DNA of 53,200 nt, counting the filler, from Catajapyx aquilonaris (Eukaryota), in the NCBI GenBank assembly GCA_000934665.2. It is 2 parts of 2 records of this genome, joined end to end, with 100 filler letters (N's around TTAATTAATTAA, not from the genome) between each part and the next. Parts side by side here need not be neighbours in the genome. Positions count along the whole stretch, not along the records: positions 26,722 to 53,200 come from JYFJ02005198.1; 1 more part is not named here. The stretch is one strand, 5' to 3'. Below, piece after piece: positions 37,312 through 49,900 of the stretch. The stretch's first letter is position 1. The number at the start of each line of letters is the position of its first letter. The notes beneath the pieces were generated by a model, which saw only the letters and a program-made list of their open reading frames with translations, made no database searches and was not told the origin of the DNA. The translations under genes and the position numbers were made by a program.

Positions 37312-40300
37312 TCACATCTTGTAGAATTTCTGCGCCGTTCTCAATGTCAGCAGGAGGGGTCGGGGTGGCTCCGGCTCCCAGTCCACTTCCGCGTTCGTGC
37401 CATCGGGGACCTTGATTTTCGCCAGTTTTGGCGGAAGGTGCAACATGTTGGGTGAAAGATCGTAACCGGTGGGGTACGTCTCGTACGTTTGGGCCATCCC
37501 CAATGCGCACAGGGCTTCGTGATTTGTCATCTTCTTTGGCTGATCCCTGGGGTTGAGCCTGGATGGGTCACGTTGCAGAGATCGGATAGTCGATCGCTGC
37601 TTCACTTCCACCTTCACGGACGAAGATGGAGTGGAGACACGCCATTGGCTGTCAAAGCGAGCCATCTCGAGGACGTAGTTGAGGACATCTGTGTCGTTCA
37701 ACATGCGCGATGGAACGCAGAAAGATTCCTTTCTCTGCACCTCCACGTCAAGGTGGGTGATCTCATCTCCTAGTTTCTCCGGGTGGTCTGCAAGCATCCC
37801 TAAGCTCAGCAGAACCTGATGAAGAAGCAATAGGCGTAAAGAGCTGCCGTATGTGAAAGTGACAAGTGCAGGGCTCACCTTCACTGCACTTTGGTCGACC
37901 AGCCCAATCAGCGGCTGCCCCATCTCGATCTTGTTTTCCACGCTGCGTACGTGGTGGGCCATTCCCAGCATGGACTCATCGAGCCACTTGGACAGCGGCT
38001 CTTTCCACCTCTGAGGACTCTTCATCTGCATGCGGTGGAAGGAAACTGCCTTGTGCTTTCCCACCTTCTCCTCGCCATGCCACTGCTTGACCGTCTGAAG
38101 GAGCATGTCGCGAGACTGGGGATCCAACCCTCGTTCATCCAACATTTCCAGTACGTGGGACCTGAAATCCAGTCGATAAGCAAACAACGCTTTGGCAGTA
38201 CGTATATTTACACTCACAGGGCTTCTTTTTCATCCATAAACTCGATGGCAATGGAGAGTAGTGCTACCATTTCTCTCCTGAGAGAGAGCGGATCTATCAC
38301 CCCCTCTTCTTCCAGGTGGCTTAGGAGCTTCCTGATCAGCAACGTGGACAGCAAGCAGCATCCCATGTCGTCCTGCATCTTGTGCATCACGATCATGGCT
38401 TTCTCCAGCAGCCTCTTGCAATCCTCTATGGACAGCTCTCCACCCTGCAGCATCAGCAGGATCTGCTGCACCATGTCGGCCAGCTCCTCCGCAGTCTTGA
38501 CCTTCCGTAGATTGTCCCAGACCTTCTCTTCCGGGGCCTGTGTATCGCAAAAGGTGAGCATGCACTTGTACCTCCTTGTCCCCCTGCAGAAAACAGTTGC
38601 GTACTCACTGGTGGGGGCACCGGGATGATAACGTTCCTGGAATGCCACCAGATAGGGGGGGCTGGTTCTGACAGATCCACATCGGATCTCAACACCTCCC
38701 TCTGGATTATCCGGCTCCTTGATGAAATCTTTGGGAGCATCTCCTTCATCTTCTTCCGGCTTCTCAGGCTGCTACCAGATAGCTTCATGTGCCTGACCTT
38801 CTTGATCACTCTTGCTGATTTTGCCTTTTTTAGCTTCACTGGTGTGGGTGGAGCTGGAAGATTATTATTGCAATGTATTTCTCAAGTCTGTCAGCTCTGC
38901 CCCCATCAATTGCATGTAAGTTCGGCAAGATTCCGGTTGCGATTACAAAATTGTTACACTCGGACTAAAGCAACGAGCCCTTGTTACTTACCAGCCCTCA
39001 CTTCTACCCTTGATTTCACCTTCTCAGGAGGGTAATCCCAGTTGATGAACCGCACTCTTATCGCGTATGGTTTGGTCTGGACTTTTCGTTTCCGCTTCTT
39101 TTTCTGAAGTACGGCAATGCAAACATTTGTAGATTCCCTCTACTATATCCACTCCAATAGCAATATTTCCTAGGCGATACTTACCATGGCGAGTTCAGGA
39201 TAGTAGTACTTGTTGACCAGCTCACGTCTTCGTAACAGTGTCGTTTTCTCCCTCCACATTTCCTGCAGCGGATCAAGGACGTTCTGCCAGGCCTGGATGG
39301 CGGAGCTCCTGGCCGCAACAAACGCCTTCTGCTTCCTCAGCAGCATCAGTATGATTGAGTTGGGGAGGTAACCTTGGGCCTGTATTAGGGCCAGGTCAAA
39401 CACCTTCTCATACGGCACGTTGTACAAGGCTGGTACGTTGCAGTCTTCCTGTGTATCGAAGTAGGATCGGAGGACAGGGTCTGCCTTGATGTCCGGGAGG
39501 TCTCTGTACTGCATCATAATCCGTTTATCATGAGCGTCGTCATTGTCCATGTAGCCAATGCTCTTGATGTAATCTGACCACTGCCTCGGGGTCATCCTGT
39601 GTCGCACAGGTACAACACGCTTTGCTCGAACCTTGTTTGCTAGCAGGCTGAACAGGTTATGCTCCACATGGCGGTAATGCTCGAGTTTCTGTTTGGGAGA
39701 TGGTACATTTATTTCAACCACATCGCACCTTAAACAAAATGTGAATGCATGAGGCTCACTTGCATCTTGGAGGTAATGTAGGTCAGGCTTTGACCCTGCA
39801 TTCCAATCGTCTCCTTGTGCTCAGATGTTTCAATGCCTTCCCAGGAGCAGGTGGGCCTCAGCCTCATGTCGTCCTCCTCTTTGTTCCAGTCCTCTACTGG
39901 CTGGAAGCGATCATCCTGTTCTGGCTGACGCGTTTCTTCCTCGTCCAGATATTTCAGCAACTCCTTGGGAAGGACTGTCAGGAAAATAATTTTTGTTGGG
40001 GTTACTTCCTCTACCCGCATGACAATATTTCCTCCAATGAAGCTTTCCCATAACTTACAGTCGTCTGCACTTAGCGAAAACAGGTGCCGTCCGATGCCCA
40101 TCAGAATATTCCCATTCATGGCAAAGGAAGCTGCCTTTGGCAAGTTGTTCAGGATGATCACCTAAAAGGCATGCTTAGATATAAATGTGTTTCTGAAAAG
40201 CATTATTTCCGTGTCTCGTTACCAATAGTAGAGAGCAGGTGTTGCTCCACAGGCGCATCCAGCCCTCCTCCGAAAAGGTAGCAAAGAGATTCAAGTAGCC

Positions 40301-43095
40301 AGTGGCGATGATCACGTTAATTGGTTCAGCATGACCAACCTGAGGGTCATGTTGGTAAGGCACTGAAATGGTATTTAGGCTTCGTGAATATTCAGAAAGT
40401 TCCAGCATTGCACAGCAAAGCTATAGTGGACACACTGAATGACGAGAGCAAATCCTTGAATAACTTCCTAAATTATTATATGGTGCTCTTACCTTGTCTT
40501 GATATGTTATACATCAGTACACCGTAACGTGGCTTTTCTTCACAAACAGGCTCCTGAGAGAGGCACACAGTGTTTCTGCAGAAAGCGATGAGGCCTATGG
40601 TATTGTTGTATGAGAAGCGCGCAATGGGCGAGAGGGGATGCAAGGAGTATGGGAACACGCGCCACAAGCGTATGGTGTAATCGTCCTTCCCGCATGAGAT
40701 CATTTGATGTGAAAATTTATCAATGATGATGTGGCTGACTGGACCACGATGCGCCTGCATTGTCATCATCATAATTACAGAAAACCATGCACTTCTTGAC
40801 ACATCTGGCTCTAAAATGAAATCATACCAACCTCTGTCTTACTTTCAATATTGCCGTTTTCCAGGTTTATCTTGGCAATGAGTCCGTCCTTACGTCCTCC
40901 GAAGAGCATAATGACCTCGTCATCGAAGGGATCCTTCCTTACATTGCATCCATGCTCCTGCTCGAACTCCATCGTCCTCTCGGCCCTTTTTGGCGGTGGC
41001 ACTTCTTCATACAGAGCCAGCACAGTGATAGGTGAGCTAGTGTCCTTCTGATCTTTCCACATCAGCTCCATCTTACAATTCCACACACTTAGAAACCTGG
41101 CTCGTCCCGTGTCCAGCTGGCTTACCACCACATCACCAGAGTGAAGGCAAGTGTACAAAGAACCTGGAATTGCAAGTAATGAATGTGGTGGCACTCAATG
41201 CACATGTAGATATTTTCAATACGGTACTCGACGATGGCCAAATTTATATTGGTGCTCTCATCGACACTTCTGCATTGCTTTTTTCAAGGTACTTGTATAA
41301 GTTCACTGTTATTTACAGGTTTTCACGGAGTAGACAACATTCTGGATGTTGGTTGCTCGAGACATGAGCTGATAAGCAGACACTCGTCCCTCAGATGTGA
41401 GGAGGCGTATGCAGTTGTCCTTCGTTCGAACCACCGACACCGCTGGATGAGCCGAGTGGGAGGTGACTTGGATGGAGACTGTAGGTGAACCCAGAGGGCT
41501 CACCAGATGGTACACTTCCTTCATCACCCACAGAGTGAGGGACACAGTCGAGAGGCTTGCAAAGCCCCTTAATGTCGGCACAGACACTACGTTGGTCGTA
41601 ATGTTCTTCATAGTCATTGCCTCCATCTGAAATCATTGCTTGAATGTCAGAGATTTAATTTTTACGAAAGCCCGATTCCTTCACTTTTACAATATGCAGG
41701 GCGGTCAATACCGCGCATACCCAAATGTACATGTTTATAGGGCTCAACTTATCAGCCACAATACTCACCCTCCTCAGCGTATTCAGACTCCAACCTCTTA
41801 TAAATCTTTCCTCTCCGATGCTCATAAATCCCATGGCCACGACTGGATGTAGGAAAAGGTGTGATATGCTTGAATTGTGCTCATGGGAATCCATAATTAC
41901 TTCCCAACTTGAATTGAAAACTTTAACTGCAATTTGAAATACATGCTAATTGTGCCCTCGTCTTGGTTATGCCAAACTTACTCACCTACTCCAAGTCTGT
42001 CTCCGATAATTACGCAGCGTTTTAGCTTGTGATATAAAATAGCTGTAATTTTCTCGGAGGTGATATCTGTCTTGCTTACTGCTATTGCCTTCTTAGCAGC
42101 GTCTACAACATATATTGAGCATCCCACACAATAGTAAATATACAGGGGAAGTTTCAGGTCCTCAGCCTCCTTATCTTCTTCACTGACGGGGATGCCAAAA
42201 TCAATCTCACTTTCGTCTCCATATAAATCCTTATAGCCTTCCTCAGGAACACCTTCATGGAAGCTCGACAGCTTCACCGTGTCAACGAAAAAGGGAATCG
42301 TGCCCGACAAGCGCAGTTCATTGCTAACTCCGTCAGTGCGTTTCCGTATTGCATAGACCTGCAGAAACTAACAGTGTCAGTCGAGTCATAGGGTGGAATT
42401 TTTGTCCCACTGTTATAGTTACTGCTAACATAACAGTAACCATCCCCAACACTGGTTAGCAGTAACTAGCAGTGGGACTAAACTTCCACGCATTGAGTAG
42501 AGGGCTGAACATTTACCAAGACTTTCTCCAATGTAACCACCACAATACGTCTAGTATATTCGCAGGCATAGACCTTCTGCACTTTTGACTCGGTGTCTTC
42601 GACCCACATCGTCTGCCACACCCTGTCCATGAGCAAGATTGTGCTCTGTCCAACAGTCCACCCTAAGTTGAACCTGACAGTGGGCAGCCATGTGTTTGCC
42701 TCAAAGTAGGGCGTGTCTGACGGGATCCTCACACTGGATGTCACAACCCCAGAGGAGGAGTACTGCTGGATAAGCCTTTGTTTTCCAGTCACAATCACAA
42801 ACTCCTGTAGGTAAAATCAGTGCTTTAAACGTGTACAAGCTTGTGAAATTTGCAGTACCTTGTCGACTGGATTCCATGAGAGGTGTCTCCCAGAGAACTG
42901 TCCTCTGACGTTGATGAAGAGGCGAACACCATGAATCAAAACCTTGGGCTTTCCTCTAGCCAACTCTGGCAGTTCCTTTCTGATATCACCATCCGGAGAA
43001 GCCCCAGTCTGACCCCCAGGACCGCCGTCGACCGCACCCTGACATGTTGTCTCAGACTTGTAACTGCCAGACTCTTCCGAGTAATGTATGGACAT
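37312..43095 (-). CDS. WDR97: Large multi-exon WD40-repeat protein, WDR97-like (divergent); roughly 15 or more exons with short introns
   Basis: Chain of minus-strand ORFs joined by short GT-AG introns (e.g. exons 43095-42859, 42804-42517, 42358-41986, 41926-41721, 38537-38218). WD-like segments AHRGPVSHIIID...TIRLWRVFPY, GHAEPINVII...WMRLWSNTCSLLL, IILNNLPKAASFAMNGNILMGIGRHL and GYLPNS resemble recalled WDR97 motifs. Start ATG 43095 and some internal junctions are tentative. Confidence 0.7.
42404..42478. repeat. Inverted repeat inside a WDR97-like intron
   Basis: GTCCCACTGTTATAGTTACTGCTAAC ... GTTAGCAGTAACTAGCAGTGGGAC. Confidence 0.85.
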
Positions 43096-43938
43096 GTTCA
43101 CACCATAAATGGGGCTGGGGCTGCTCTCATTGTCCAACAGTCAGTAAATAGTCGTGTCTCCTGGAAACAGCAAATCTGCATACGGCCGGCAATCTAATGT
43201 CAAAAGTGGCGGTTTTTATCGTGAAAATTGCTGTATGAGCACTATCCTTGGCCCCACTTGCAGATGGCGATCCTTGACCCAAAATCCTCGAAAACATGGG
43301 CGAGCTCTAGGTATGTGGTCACCGGGAGAAGATCGGAGGAAGACAGGAAGTTGTTTTTCCAGGATGACGACAAAAAAAAGTCGTTTTCATCAACCTCGAT
43401 TTATTTTTGTTAGGTTATTGCACAAAAGAGAGCACATTTGGGGCCCCAAACAATAATATAAATACGGGTAACATAAGTTCCAACTTCCTTTTCAACGGAG
43501 GAATTTAGATCTTGGCCAGTCTTGGAAACTACTGCACGAACAGCCAGCCAATCTCACGCTTTGTAACAAAAAAATTAATATCTCTTCTCGAAATCCTGGG
43601 CAATGACTGTAATCATAATGTGCCAGGCGAATCGTTCAAGGTCAAACAAAAGGACAACTTTTTGACATAAATTTTTGTATTGTCCTGCAGTGACGATTCA
43701 ATGAGCCTTAATTGCAAATTATTCAGCGTGCATTGTTAGCTCTTCAATTCAGACGCTATCAGCGTGACACCTCACATTTTAATTGGCCATCCATGCAGTA
43801 AACACAACAAAAAATAAAGCAGCATGATAAAACCCAGGCTACAAAAAAGTGAACAAAAAAATGGCAACTGATACAACTCGGCACCACTAAAAAAAAAACA
43901 CACAGAATGGCAAACCGCACAAATTATTATTTTTTTGT

Positions 43939-46900
43939 TTACGCAGCACCAAAGTACCTCTGTCCTCTGGTGTAAACCAGACTTACAACCACCATAACTA
44001 GTACGAGCATACACAGGAGGAAAGTGGCGCCCAGGAAGCGCCATATGCACCTTCGCCTCTTCCTCTGCTGGATCTTGTGTATCAGCAGCTGGTTTCGGAG
44101 GCTGTCGAGGGTGAAGTCCGGCGCCATCACGGCAGCCTGAACCCAACCCAAAAAAAGAAGGGAAGAAACTTTTTTAAAAACCCCACCGACAATGAGAATT
44201 GATGGGGGTCAGCCAAGGAAGGAAGGGAAAAAAACCAGAGGCGCGAAAGAGATGCCCTCCGGTCAAAGACCTCCCCCAGAAAAAGAAGCAGAAGACTTTA
44301 AAACTCCGTGAAGCTTTCATTACTCCTTTTTTTTCACCCTCCAGGCTCCTTTTTTTTCTTCTTCTCTGTTGCTCCTTCTGCTTCTTTTTGAGGGTAAGCT
44401 TCCTCGGCGTGAAATCGTGGGACCTCTCATTTCCTGTCGACCCTACCTGACCTCTCTCTTCCCAGACTAAAAAAAGGCAAGAATTTACGCCACGGTGACA
44501 TAAACATGTGCTTTTGAATGCGGTCATCCAGAGGGTCATCCCATTGGCCAACATATGCACCCCATATTAAGAAACGTGATGAAAATAGTGGGAAGGATTT
44601 TCCTCCCACTGCTATATACTGCTAAGTTAGCAGTATCTAGCGAAAAGTCGACCCAAAGTCTAAATACGCCACGGTGACATAAACACACGCGGTGCTTTTG
44701 AATGCGGTCATCCCGAGGGTCATAATTGGCCAACATATGCACCACATATTATGTAATTTGATAAAAATAAAGGCTATGATAAACACCCACAGTGCTTTTG
44801 AATGCGGTCATCCGAAGGGTCATCTTCTACATAACAATTGGCCAATGGACCATATTAAGCAACATGATAAAAATAAATGTATAAATTATTGCGATGTTGT
44901 ATTATTATTAGGGATGGGCACGAAGGAAGTTTCATATGATCGCCTCTACATAGCTTAGTTTTTCCAAGGCCGGACGAGCACGAAATCCAGCTTTCTCCTT
45001 ATATACTGTGCATTCCCAAAGGAAAAAAATAGTAAGGAGTTCGTCCGACCTCGAATTCGCAATTGTTATGTCATTCTCGAGACGAATTTGATGAGAAAAA
45101 TATATGCCAGAGCAACTGGCCACTTTTGCTGAATAAAATACATCTGATCTGATTGATTCGAAATATGGATGATGAAGAAGCCTTGAGGACCTTCCCATCG
45201 GGGTCAATCGGTCATGGGTCATCTGACATTTTATTTTTCCTCCCAGGTTGGGAATTGGGGACCCAGTCATGGTCGGCCTTGGCCCCCCAGGACTTCATCC
45301 ATTTCGTCAAAAAAGACCAAGGACAAGCACAAACGTAATAAGGCCTTCGCACAGAGTGGCAATTCCTGATTTCAGGATGGGGTTGGAATATTTCACGCCT
45401 GGAATGCAAATTCGCATTCTAATGAAGACCATGAACTTGGTGGCAGGAAGGTGTTAAATCCCCCATCCTGACCTGTTCAGCCAGGATTGCACAACATTGT
45501 TAAAAGGCGCATACTCGCACGAAGTCGCATATTCGCAGAGATTTATAAAATAAGTACTGGTAATAATTAATCGCAAATTAATTCGCAATTTTTTCGGCTA
45601 TAAATGCTTCACTAATATCAGTAGCATTGCTCACATTTCATAATAGCCCGCCACTTATATCATTAGTAGCACCAAGTATGCTTTCCCTAAGTACCTAATT
45701 CATATAATCAGTATCTTGAGAGCACAGCACAATAATGAAATTACTCCTTTTGTTTCAACTGCACAGTTAACTAGCCCCATACGCCTTTCTTGTGTATAGT
45801 GCTGGAGAAGCCTTCAGGGGCTAGGTTACGCATGTTTGCCAACAAAAATCTCTCAAGGTCGCCTTCCATTTAATTCAAAAACAGCTAATTTTCACTGGGA
45901 AACTATTCAGGGAATTTTCCAACTTCCAGAACAAGCCTACTTAAGCCGCATTCGTGCAGCACTTTGTGATTGACAGGACCAATATTGCCTATCATATAGG
46001 GCAGAGAATATGATGAAACAGCATTGATCATATCTATATTAAATGGCAGATATTTCCCGATCTCATCCGTTCGATCCAACCCATCAGCCCTAATTAGTCA
46101 ATAGGTGAGAGAAAGCAGACCAAGGCCTCCCCCTCCACACCTCCTCACCTGTTCTAAATAACCGACCTCTTCAGGTGTTGGACACACGAACAATTTCGTA
46201 ACCAATGGCCCCAGCCCAAGTAGGCTGTATTACTCAGTCGATTTGCAACATTACTGTCTTTAATTGGCGATGAGTGGATTTCCGGGAGGGAGGTCAGGTG
46301 GAGTTAAACGCCCTCCAGGTATATAACCAGGAGGAGGGGGGTATTGACCAACTGTTAACGCATGACGCTCGGATGAAGATGAACCTTTTTTTGGGTGGAT
46401 GGGTGGGTAAAAACCCGGGCATCAACCCTTTCTCCGGATGGAAATAGTGGGCAGTGTGTTGCCCCGGAGAGATATAATAAACGAAGGCAGTCGGCCAGAG
46501 AGGGAGTGGTTGGATTTTTATCCACATGGAGATATGCCTAACACGCGAAAAGGACACTCCTTTGCTCTCCCACCACCAGACCCATGCAACGCAGCCGACT
46601 TGAACAATTGTTGCTGGGCTAGTGGCCAGCTGGCCAACTTGTCTTTCCCAACGATGCTCATGAAGACGACCGAAGAAGAAGAAGAAAAAACGGCGCGCCT
46701 CTGTTGCATAACCGGGGGAGAGGGCGACTATATCAACAGTAGTCTTTGTAAATTGCGTCAGGTTTAGAGAGTCGCATGCATCAGCATGTGGGCAAGGAAA
46801 ATTACTTACGCGCAGAATAATATTGTTCTTCGTGATAGCGATTCAATAGAAGTGTTTGCTACAATGGGTGTGACTCAAAGAGAAATGGACCACCCTGTAA

Positions 46901-49900
46901 ATCGGAGCTTAATTCATTGTTATACGAATGAAATCATTAATGTCACAGCAATGTGAGCAATCGCAATATTATGCAGGGTATTCCGCAAAACAAAGTATGG
47001 CGGAACAAAATTTCCATTCCCAAGAGCAATATTCATGTTGCATTATGTAGGACGCACCAATTATCAGCAAGGCACGGAATTCCTTTCCTGCGAATTAATT
47101 ATTCGCTTTTTAAAATTCATTAATGCGTTATATGAGACCTACGTCAATAAAAAAAAAGAAACACGATGCCCCTTTTAGTGTGGCCATTATACAATAATAA
47201 ACATTTCCGCACATTATATTGGCCCTAATTTTTAACCCAGATTTCAACAATGCATCGCCACTCCCTGAGGGCAAAACGTACACGATGTTATAGACCTGTG
47301 TAATTTCAGTTTCACGTGCTTTCTTCCATCAGTATAATGACTTCTGGAATGCGATATGGCATATATTATTACCCACGCAGGTAGCGGATTTTAATACCAA
47401 CCTCCCTCCACATGTTCATTACGTTCGCTGCATTTTTTCGACGCCCGATCCTTCGTCATCCATCAGACATGCAATAATCCGTGAGAATTTACGATCTAAC
47501 AGGAATGCACACCCACCGTTACTCCCAACCAGTAGTCACAAACTAGTGAAACGTGCTGGTGTAATCCATACACAAGAAACAAACGTAAGGAGAGAAAAAA
47601 AGAGAGGTGTGTGTATAACATGCCCTATCCTAGCAAAGGTTGCATTGCAGCAACAGGTGTCGTGCGACTTACAACAACGTACAGAGCCACTTGATATGGA
47701 CACTATATGATTTTTTTTTCTTTTTTTTTAAATATGTTAATCCATGCTCGACATGCACTTACGTCCAACCCTGCGTACGAAGGGTGCGATGGCAGCAAGG
47801 TGACAAGTCCTTTCCCTGCCCCGTAGTATGTCTCCCAAAGAGGTACCACAGGCGTCTCTTTCGGCGGAGGAGGAGGACCCATGCTGCCGAACAACAATGC
47901 GTTTTGCAGGCTCCTAGGGGCACCTTCCAGCTGATCGGGAAGGAACCGAGCCGACAGCTGGAGCTCCGTCTTCTCGTTGTCTTTCGTCCCAGCAGCGAAT
48001 GTCACCCTTCGAGACTGGGTGCTGTCCTGTTGTGGATACAGACGAAAAATCATGAAACGGAGACGTGGTCGTGTCGCTCACCTCTTCTATTATTAGTTTT
48101 TTGCTGCCTTTTTTTTTGCACTACTAGGTTCCCCTGCAGAGGCCGCAGAGTGTCTGTCGAAATAGGCAAACACTCTTGTCTAGCTTCACAGTTCCATGCT
48201 TCTGGTGAGGGTTGAATCATAGAGTCACGCCAGTGGAACTAGACTGTGTCCTAATTATAAAGTGTGTAAAAGTTTAATAGCCGATTTTAAAAAAGTGCCA
48301 TTGTTCCATCATTTTGCGCGACTAAATAATGGAGGCGTGCTCGCCGATTGTGATTAATTGGACAAGTGTCATTAAATGTGCTGTGCTTTACCGCACCAAG
48401 CTCATGGCCACTCCCAGCAACCGGTTGACTTGTGTCGATTGTTTAAGCAGATTTCTTGGAGTGACCAATCCATTTTTGGAGGCTGTGCAATTAGGCAGTG
48501 AGCCATATGAGCTTCGTGTGTCATCCTCGTTGGATTCCGCCCCATGCAATAACTGTAATTATTGCTTCCAGAATGTCTCCAAACTATTGTTACGGTACTC
48601 TGGACAGTTTTCCTGGCGCCAATTCGGTCATTGCCATTCAGCCCAGTGCAGTACAAGTGAATCGAGACCGGAATGCGAAGTCACACCCACCTGAGAGTCC
48701 CTGTCATCGTCCTCTTCCTTGCCTATCCCATCTTCTCCGCCCATCTTGTCCTCTTCATCTTCCTCCTCCTCCTCCTCTTCTTCAACAGCCCCAGCCAGTT
48801 TGACAGCGTCCAGGTCGACGGTGGGCAATCCCCTGACCATGCTGGCCGCCGCTCTCAGACCCACCAGAGTCGCTCCTCCGCTGATGCTTCCACCACCACC
48901 GCTACCACCACCCGCATCCGAACCACCACCACCACCACCAACACCGACGTTGCTCCCTCGTCTGCTGGAGGACAACAAGCCTGCCAAGCCCTGCTCCGAG
49001 GAGGAGACCTTGACCTCGTCGTCGTCGCTCTCTACCAGCAGTCGGCGCCCGTTCAGCCTTCGCCCGCTCCGCTCCCATAACTCCCGCATGGCCGGAATAC
49101 CTGTCGCAAAAATAAACATTGTAATTGCCTTAACCTTAGTTAGTCGAGACAAGCCAACAACCGAGACCGAACCAAAAAATTGACCCAGTGTGTGCCATTT
49201 GCCATCATTTGTCACGCCTTGCGTACAGTGCTGGATATTAATTGTTGTGTCGTACTGGTTGCACCACGAGCAGTTGGCGGCAAGAGAGAGAATTGAAAGC
49301 TGCCTCCGTATGACCGCCTTCACTTGAAAATATATCAAGTGAAGGCGGTCATACGGAGGGCAAATTTCGATTCGTTCTTTTTTCTCCATCGGCTCGTGGC
49401 GCCACCAGCACGACACAATATTAATGCCCAGCACTGTACTGTGGAGAACCCTCCTGCCTTGAATAGTAGACTCCAAAGGTCGCAATCCAAAAAACAAAGA
49501 CATAGATTAAATCAGGAACTGTGCAACGTCATTTCAATACAAAATTAGCAATCCTGAGATTCCGTGTTTTGCCCATAAACATTACGAACATTCATTAATT
49601 GATAGGTGCAAAGTCAGACAACTCTTACGGCCTACCAAAATGTCAACACCTATAGTAACATTGCGCTGGTATTGTACGATTTTTGACGGTGTTACGTACC
49701 AGCGTAAAAAGGCGCACTTTCATTTGCGGACAACAAAAGCACAGTCTGAAGAAAAAAAAAACACTGTTTGACCGCAGGATAGCGATTGCTGTAAAATACA
49801 CTTTGGTGAAAAAAGTGGGTCGACATGAAGGTGACTTTTAGATGAACGATGTTGGCAACAATAGATTTTTGCGTATCTGGCACGCTTTTGTACTACACAC

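Noticed and set aside
32690..43095. exu, CIAO2A and WDR97-like as a functional gene cluster
   Set aside because: No shared pathway is known; proximity is expected in a compact gene-dense region.
44486..44870. Repeat-spacer pattern superficially like a CRISPR array
   Set aside because: Only three long, diverged units with irregular spacing in a eukaryotic intron; no cas genes.
45769..45880. CTAGCCCC...GGGGCTAG hairpin followed by ACAAAA, resembling the first half of an H/ACA RNA
   Set aside because: No credible second hairpin or terminal ACA box.
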